Below, in pieces: positions 61,866 to 64,000 of a stretch of DNA of 64,000 bases. Every line of letters starts with the position of its first letter. The first letter of the stretch is position 1. The DNA lies in assembly GCA_039545335.1 (NCBI GenBank), contig BCIN01000006.1, forward strand, positions 744,001-808,000. The letters run 5' to 3'. Both the position numbers and the translations under genes were made by a program. The stretch comes from Kondoa subrosea (Eukaryota). Under the pieces are notes generated by a model. It was not told the origin of the DNA. It did not search any database and was given only the letters and a program-made list of their open reading frames with translations.

Positions 61866-63487
61866 CTATATTACAATCGCTCTCTCCCTTTGGCTAGCTC
61901 TGGGCGGTTCCCAATCGAAAGGACTGAGGTTGAGCAACTTCTGTCGGTCTTCAACGCTTTGTTCAGGCAAATCTGACACTTGATCTTCCATTTCTTCTTC
62001 TTCTTCTTGTTCAGGGTGTTCGATGACTTCAGGTATAGTAACAATGACTTGAAACGGATCAATTTCTTCTACATGCATAGCTTCATCTTCATTCTCTTCT
62101 TCTTGATGCAATTCATCCAAATCAGGCTCATCTTCTGAAGAAGGAGAATTAGAGGATGCTGTGAGATCTTGTTGCATCGGTTTTGCTTCTTGCAAAGGAG
62201 AAGTCAGATCTAACCTCTCTTCTTGTTCTTCCTCATTTTCTTTCTTTTCAACTTTCGAAGAAGCAGAAATTTGTCTTGCTCGCATACTCTTTTCCAATTC
62301 CGCAAATTGTCCTCGATTCTTCTTCTCATGTTCTTGTAAATCCAGCTTCTCGCCATTAGCATTGACATAAGCTTGACGTTCAGCTTGCAACAATTGGACA
62401 CGAAGATCTTTCAACGGTTTGCGCAAAGATTCGGAAGCGTCCAGATTAGCATTGTGTAGATTGATGTACTGCTTGTGCCTTGTTTCAAGTTGATCTTTCG
62501 AAAGGTTCTTGTCTCTTTTGGAGTCGTACAGTTCCAGATCCTGTTCAGTTCCGCCAAAATATCAGTATGAAAAAATACCATAGAGTCAAGCGTATACGAA
62601 CGCTGAGTAAATCGCGCAAGCCTTGAAGATTCAACATGCTGTACATAGGTTTCGAGATCCTTTTAGCCAGATCAACTCCTCCTTTCTTCTTCGATCTGTT
62701 GGAGGAATGCATAACTATCAGCATATAGCTTGATAGCTTGAGCACTAGTACCAACTTTGTTCCACCAGTCATCATTGCCGAAAAAGCATCTCCGTTCTTA
62801 GCTTTCTTACTACTGCTTGCTTTAGGTTCTGGATGTGCTCGAGCGAGATGGGATAAGACTTGTTCGTTCCGCATACTTTCTTGACAAACAGGACATGCAA
62901 CGATAGCTTTAGCTGTGCTCACCCCAATCTCTAATTAGCTCAAGGCTAATTTGGAATAGTGATAAACGCACGATTGGTAGGATCCACAATCATTTCAATA
63001 TCCGAATCACTTCCTTCTTCTTTAGCTTTCCCTTTACTCTTCTTCTTCTTCTTATCAACATCAGAACTGTCTGAACTTTTACGTTTCTTCTTGTTTGCGG
63101 CGGTTGTATTACGTAAGACCAATAAATCAAGTAAAGCAGGACGAGCTTCCTTCCAACGAGTGACAATCTCTTCTACTACTGGTAATCGTTTAATGTGCGA
63201 ATCGTTTGCTTTCACAGAACAGGAAGGACAAGAATCATGAGATTGCAAAGAAAGGTGTTCTCGAATGCACTGTTTGCCAATATCAGTCAGCTTTAAACAT
63301 AACAGCGACACAGAATAGCGCAACATACCTTGGAACAGAAGGAATGAGAACAGCCAGAGAGCAAGACTGGCGCTTGATAGAATTCTTGACAAATCGTGCA
63401 TCGCAATGAACGATCCAAAGCTGCTAAAGCTGGCAAGTTGAAGTCTTCAGGTGAATCCACATCCATCAAAGCAAGACCTGGCGCCAT
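61866..63487 (-). CDS. RAD18: Postreplication repair E3 ubiquitin ligase Rad18
   Basis: RING LDRSLRCTICQEFYQAPVLLSGCSHSFCSK|CIREHL..CPSC; UBZ-like VACPVC..SHL; SAP-like KPMYSMLNLQGLRDLL; RHKQYINLHNANLD; 3' end uncertain. Confidence 0.92.
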
Positions 63488-63728
63488 CGCTTGCGCGCGA
63501 AGACTTGAGTATCGATGTTTGAGTCTGAGGATCGCAAAAAGAAAACAGTCGGCTGTTATGCGTGTCAAAAGTGGAGAGACAACAAGCAACGAATTCTATG
63601 CAATCAATGCAGACAATGCTATGCAAATATGCTCTCTACGGGAGAAATAAAGGAATGTGGGTTTACTATGTAAAGGTTAAGGGGAAATGCGAACGTCCAT
63701 ATATCGTCTTTACTTCCTCTGCATACGC

Positions 63729-64000
63729 TTAAGCGAGAGCGTAGCCAACCAATCCGGTCAGAGCGACGAGAGAGCCAGTCAGGGTCAAAGCTGAAGCTCC
63801 AGATTCGGGTGTCCTAGATAAGTGTGATCAGGTGCTGACACATAGACACGGCAAGTTGTGCACTCACTTGGATGCAGCAGCGGCGGCAACTGGTTTGTTG
63901 GTTGCCGCTGAGCCTAGATTGCAAATCGGCATGAGACTAGCATGAGCTATCGGAAATTCGTCGAACATACCGACTGAACTGGCTCCTGCAGATGAAGCTC
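63729..64000 (-). CDS. 3' end of a probable GPI-anchored protein (gene starts beyond the window)
   Basis: Spliced ASSAGASSV|GSAATNKPVAAAAASK|TPESGASALTLTGSLVALTGLVGYALA*. Confidence 0.6.

Noticed and set aside
61990..62250. (ttc)n runs resembling microsatellites (also near 43010 and 63040)
   Set aside because: They encode Glu/Lys-rich tracts within proteins
13800..63487. Apparent DNA-repair gene cluster (RFC2, CMR1, FBH1-like, RAD18)
   Set aside because: Spread over 50 kb among unrelated genes; compatible with chance in a gene-dense genome without synteny evidence
1..64000. Transposons, CRISPR arrays, rRNA/tRNA genes, prokaryotic operons
   Set aside because: No transposase/RT/integrase motifs, terminal repeats, repeat-spacer arrays or structural-RNA signatures recognised by eye; tRNAscan-SE/Infernal would be needed to exclude small RNAs

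Overview
Gene-dense, intron-rich eukaryotic DNA (introns mostly about 45-60 nt, with degenerate donors such as gtgagt, gttcgt, gtgcgt and gtcagc). It is most consistent with a basidiomycete fungus, possibly Pucciniomycotina; that lineage call is an inference from gene content and intron style. About 35 protein-coding loci can be supported by splicing exons by eye. Recognisable housekeeping genes are ORM1, MAK10, RFC2, PGK1, CMR1/WDR76, URA5, an MRS2-like Mg2+ channel, a MIR1-like phosphate carrier, a mitochondrial GGQ rescue factor, MIC19 and RAD18. Other genes include an FBH1-like helicase, a GT71 mannosyltransferase, a PPR protein, an ABCG half-transporter, a dual hybrid histidine kinase, a tandem BTB pair, F-box-like proteins, a MYND protein and GPI-anchored proteins. 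I recognised no rRNA, tRNA, CRISPR array or transposon. Most notable observations: (1) a STELLO/DUF288-type glycosyltransferase domain, missed by the ORF track, spliced in frame to a multi-pass membrane domain; (2) a PGK whose ordinary C-terminus is the canonical peroxisomal signal SKL; (3) a Rai1/DXO-like protein with an altered catalytic motif; (4) recurrent sharp C-rich to G-rich skew flips inside long exons; (5) divergent gene pairs with only 39-68 bp between start codons. All gene models were built manually, so internal boundaries are approximate.
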